Shown piece by piece: positions 60,149 to 64,000 of a DNA stretch of 64,000 nucleotides. A model generated the notes under the pieces. It did no database searches. It was given only the letters and a program-made list of their open reading frames with translations, and was not told the origin of the DNA. The translations under genes and the position numbers were made by a program. Position 1 is the stretch's first letter; every line of letters starts with the position of its first letter. Origin of the DNA: Octopus vulgaris (taxonomy: Eukaryota); the NCBI GenBank assembly GCA_951406725.2, contig OX597816.1, forward strand, positions 78,554,001 to 78,618,000. The letters are read 5' to 3'.

Positions 60149-61572
60149 CCATGAACTAGATAAGACACAACACACACAAATGAAAGAGAAAATAAAAAAG
60201 AATATTATAGACGAGTTAGATCAATACTAAAAACAGAGCTCAATGCTAAAAACAAGATAATAGGTATTAACACTTTAGCTGTCCCAGTTATAAGTTACAG
60301 CTACAATATCCTTAAGTGGACACTAAATGAACTGACCAAAATAGATAGGAAAACAAGAAAAATAACGACAGGATCTCGGATGCATCACCCCAAATCTGAC
60401 ATAGAAAGACTATATATACAATGTATAGAAGGTGGTAGAGGCCTTATACAGCTGGAAAACTACTATAAAATAACCACCATAGGACTGCAAAAATATCTAC
60501 TTCAGAAGGAAGGAAAACTGATACAAATAGTGGCAAAACACGAGCAAAACAAAAAACTGTTCTCAGTATTTAAGGAAGCTGACAAATACAAACAAGAAAT
60601 CATACCACCTAATAAATATGAAGAAGAAGAAGAAGATGAAGAAACAACAAAAGCTATAAAACAAATGAAATCCAAACTAAAAATAGAACAGCAACGAGCC
60701 ATGATAAAACGATGGCAAGAAAAGCCCCTTCATGGTAAATACTGGACTAAACTAAACGCAAAAGAAATAGAAAAATCCCAGCAATGGTTGAGAAGCTCAG
60801 GATTCAAAGCAGAGACCGTGGGATTTTTAATTGCAGCACAAGACCAAAGCCTCCCCACCAGAAATTACCAAAAACATGTAATGAAAAGAAATATAACAAG
60901 TAACTGCAGAATATGTGGAGATGGACAAGAAACAATAAATCATATTATCTCTGGCTGCCCAGTCCTGGCTAAGAAGGAATATATTCACAGACATGACAGG
61001 GTTGGAACCTACATACACTGGAAGCTATGCCAACATTATGGAATAACAACAGAAAAAAAGATGGTATAGGCACGCACCAGAAAAGGTCACAGAAAACGAG
61101 AAAGCAACCATACTCTGGGATATGCCGATACACACAGATAGAGAAATTAAGGCCAACAGACCAGATATAGTTGTCAGAGATCATTAAGAAAAAAAATGCT
61201 TTCTAATTGATGTATCAATACCGGCAGATGACAACGTGTCTCTAAAAGAAATGGAGAAACTTTCAAAATACAAAAACCTGGAAATAGAGGTAACCAGAAT
61301 GTGGAATCTAAAAACAGAAACAATTCCTATCATAGTAGGTGCATTAGGCATGATAAAAAAATACTCAGACAAATACATAACAAAAACACCAGGACTTACA
61401 AACACATATAACATACAGAAAATTGCACTACTAGGCACTGCACACATCCTACGCAGAACACTTTCCATACAATAACCATCAGAGCATCACAACAAATCAC
61501 AGCACATACCTAAGGCACACAGAGCTGCGCTCGGTAGTGAAGTGAAAGCATGCTATAAAAATAAAACTACTG
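60149..61572 (+). mobile_element. 5'-truncated R4/Dong-clade LINE (RT thumb, CCHC finger, restriction-like endonuclease, 3' UTR)
   Basis: HPKSDIERLY...GGRGL, AAQDQ, CRICGDGQETINHIISGC, RHD, NRPDIVV...LIDVSIP, KLSKY, PIIVGALG; few lesions; (AAT)n on both sides. Confidence 0.93.
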
Positions 61573-61636
61573 AATAATAATAATAATACTAGTAATAATA
61601 ATAATAATAATAATAATCATCATCATCATCATCATC
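61573..61636. repeat. (AAT)n tract running into (CAT)n: tail-to-tail junction of Dong and RTE
   Basis: AAT repeats 61573-61617 with one ACTAGT interruption, then CAT repeats 61618-61635. Confidence 0.95.
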
Positions 61637-64000
61637 GTTTAACGTCCGTTCTCCATGCTAGCATGGGTTGGACGGTTCGACCGGGGATCTGGGAAGCCAG
61701 AAGGCTGCACCAGGCTCCGGTCTTATCTGGCAATGTTTCTACAGCTGGATGCCCTTCCTAACACCAACCACTCCGTGAGTGTAGTGGGTGCTTTTTACGT
61801 GCCACCTGCACTGGTGCCAGGCGAGGCTGGCATCGGCCACGGTCGGATTGGTGCATTTTATGTGCCACCTGCACGGAAGCCAGTCGAAATGGCACTGGCT
61901 TCAGCCACGATTCGGATAGTGCTTTTTACGTGCCACCGACACGGAAGCCAGTCGAGGCAGCGCTGGCATCAGCCACGATTCGGTTAGTGCTTTTTACGTA
62001 TCACCAGTCTAGGGGTCCCGGCAACTCTAGCCGTTACACTTTCAGCACACCCACCCCCACTACTGACTTGGTCACCAAAATAACGGAAGCTATCAACTAC
62101 TTCTAGTTTTTCCCCCTGGAAAGTGACGGAAGTTGTTTTCTGCGGATTTTCAGAGGTTAATGCTCCCGAGCATCTGCCACATACAAAAACTATCTTCCCA
62201 GTTAGCCTTCCTTTGACATTGCTGCACCTCTTATGTGTCCATAGCTTACACTGGGTACATCTTATAGAGTTTCTACCTACACCTTTTCTACAGATCGAGC
62301 AGGGCCATCTTCCTGAAGACATTTGTGGATTGTCTACCTTCCTACTTATTAGTACTTTGGTTTTAGCTAGGTTGACTCTAAGGCCCCTCGATTCTAGACC
62401 CTCCTTCCACACCTGGAACTTCTCCAGTTCTGATAGTGACTCAGCAATTAGAGCAAGGTCGTCAGCATATAGGAGCTCCCAGAGGCAACTTGTCTTGAAT
62501 TCCTCCGTAATTGCCTGGAGGACTATGATAAATAGGAGGGGTCTGAGTACTGAACCCTGGTGGACCCCAACCTCTACTTTGAATTCTTCTGTGTACATGT
62601 TGCCAACCCTAACCTTACTTATGGCATCCCTGTACATGGCTTGCACAGCCCTCACCAGCCATTCATCTATTCCTAGTTTCCTCATTGACCACCAGATAAG
62701 GGATCGGGGGACCCTGTCAAAGGCTTTCTCCATGTCAACGAAAGCCAGGTACAGCGGCTTATCTTTGGCTAGGTATTTCTCCTGCAGCTGTCTCACTAGA
62801 AATATGGCATCAGTGGTGCTTCTCCCTGGCATGAAACCAAACTGCATCTCGTCCAAGTTGACTCTCTCCCTAATCAGTTGGGCTATGACCCTCTCTGTAA
62901 CCTTCATTATCTGATCCAACAGCTTGATACCTCTGTAATTATTTGTATCTAGGGCGTCTCCTTTACCTTTGTAGCAGTTGACTAGTATGCTGCTACACCA
63001 TTCATTGGGTATGACTCCTTCGTGTATCACCTGGTTAACTATATGGGTGACTAGGTTATAGACGACACTGCCAGATATTTTGAGCATCTCTGCAGTAATT
63101 CCTGATGGGCCTGGGGCTTTCTCTGTCTTCATGCTTCTAATTGCTTTAACTAGCAAAGAATTGTCAACTCGGATGGCTGGTCCCTCTGTTGGGTTGACAT
63201 TTGGCAGACTCTATCCCATTCATTTTCTTTATTCAGCAACCTTTCATAGTGGCATTTCCAAACCTCTCTCTTTGCGTCCTCATTTAGCGCAAGTGAACCA
63301 TCATCCATGCGGACACATTTCTTTCCTACCACATCACGATTCTCTCTCACACACTGTCTTGCAACACAAAATACCTCAAGTCTTCCATCCTCACGGCGCA
63401 GAACATTGGCAAATTTTTTCTTATCCGCTTCCCCTCTGGCTAAATAAACCTGTCTCCTAGCTTCCCTTCTGGCTGTCTGATACAATTCCCTGCTACCACC
63501 GTTCTTACAGTCCCTTCAAGCCTGTTTCTTTTGTCTAATAGCCCTGTCAACCACATTGTTCCATCACCACTCTGGGTTGAGATGGGACTTTGCTCCATCC
63601 ACAGATCTGGTCAGTGGCTGTCAGCAGATTGTCTCGTAGAAATCTCCAGTTGTCTTCCACATTAAGTGAAGCTATATCCCCTTCTATTTCGTCAAAGGCT
63701 TCGAGTAGTATGTCTCTAAATCTCTGTCCATTTGCAGGATCTTTAAGCTTCCAGACCCTTCTCCTCCAAGCTGGTCTTCTTCTGGGCAACCATTTAGCTC
63801 TGATCCTGATTTCGCTAACTACTAATCTATGTTGAGGAGTACATTCTTCGCCTGGAAAGGTTTTGGCATTTATAAGCAGCCCTCTTTCCCTCTTTCTAGC
63901 GAGGATGAAGTCAATCTGACTAGTGTGTCTGCCAGAACGGTAGGTGACTAGGTGAGAGGTGGGTTTCCTGAAGTTGGTATTGCAAACCATAAGGTCATTT
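61618..64000 (-). mobile_element. Young RTE LINE (EN C-terminus, RT with YADD, PHD-like finger, tandem 3' UTR), running off the window
   Basis: Frameshifted ORFs 63547-63990, 63150-63485 and 61984-63156: SQIDFIL, NYRGIKLL, FVDMEKAFDRV, GVHQGSVL, LLYADDL; the coding C-terminus is deleted. Confidence 0.95.

Noticed and set aside
61788-62005. CRISPR-like look of a conserved 19-mer recurring every 63-68 bp (also at 42194-42430)
   Set aside because: The intervening segments are homologous to each other, the array lies in an RTE 3' UTR, the DNA is eukaryotic and no cas genes are present.
62123-62914. 263-aa plus-strand ORF
   Set aside because: Antisense shadow of the RTE RT.

Overview
AT-rich animal genomic DNA. 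The SINE, RTE and Dong repeat content suggests an octopus or other coleoid cephalopod (pattern recognition, not verified). The window lies inside one large minus-strand gene. I reconstructed 13 GT-AG exons (153-59180; 2472 nt, 824 codons, all splice phases compatible, no stops) encoding MAM(partial)-MAM-MAM-LDLa-MAM-LDLa-MAM-LDLa, a MALRD1/MAMDC4-like extracellular protein that is open at both window ends. The introns are packed with mobile DNA: (1) a complete 5.57-kb Helitron (A|TC...hairpin-CTAG|T) with an uninterrupted RepHel frame; (2) many RTE LINE copies whose reverse transcriptase carries an embedded PHD-type C4HC3 finger; (3) R4/Dong-type RLE LINEs, one inside an (AAT)n tract; (4) a decayed Gypsy element; (5) mariner and DD37D (maT) transposons; (6) hAT and Tc1/mariner MITEs, tRNA-headed SINEs, microsatellites and several long fold-backs, including a 163-bp palindrome in an insert flanked by a 12-bp target duplication. 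No rRNA, tRNA gene or CRISPR array is supported. Boundaries of old elements are approximate.
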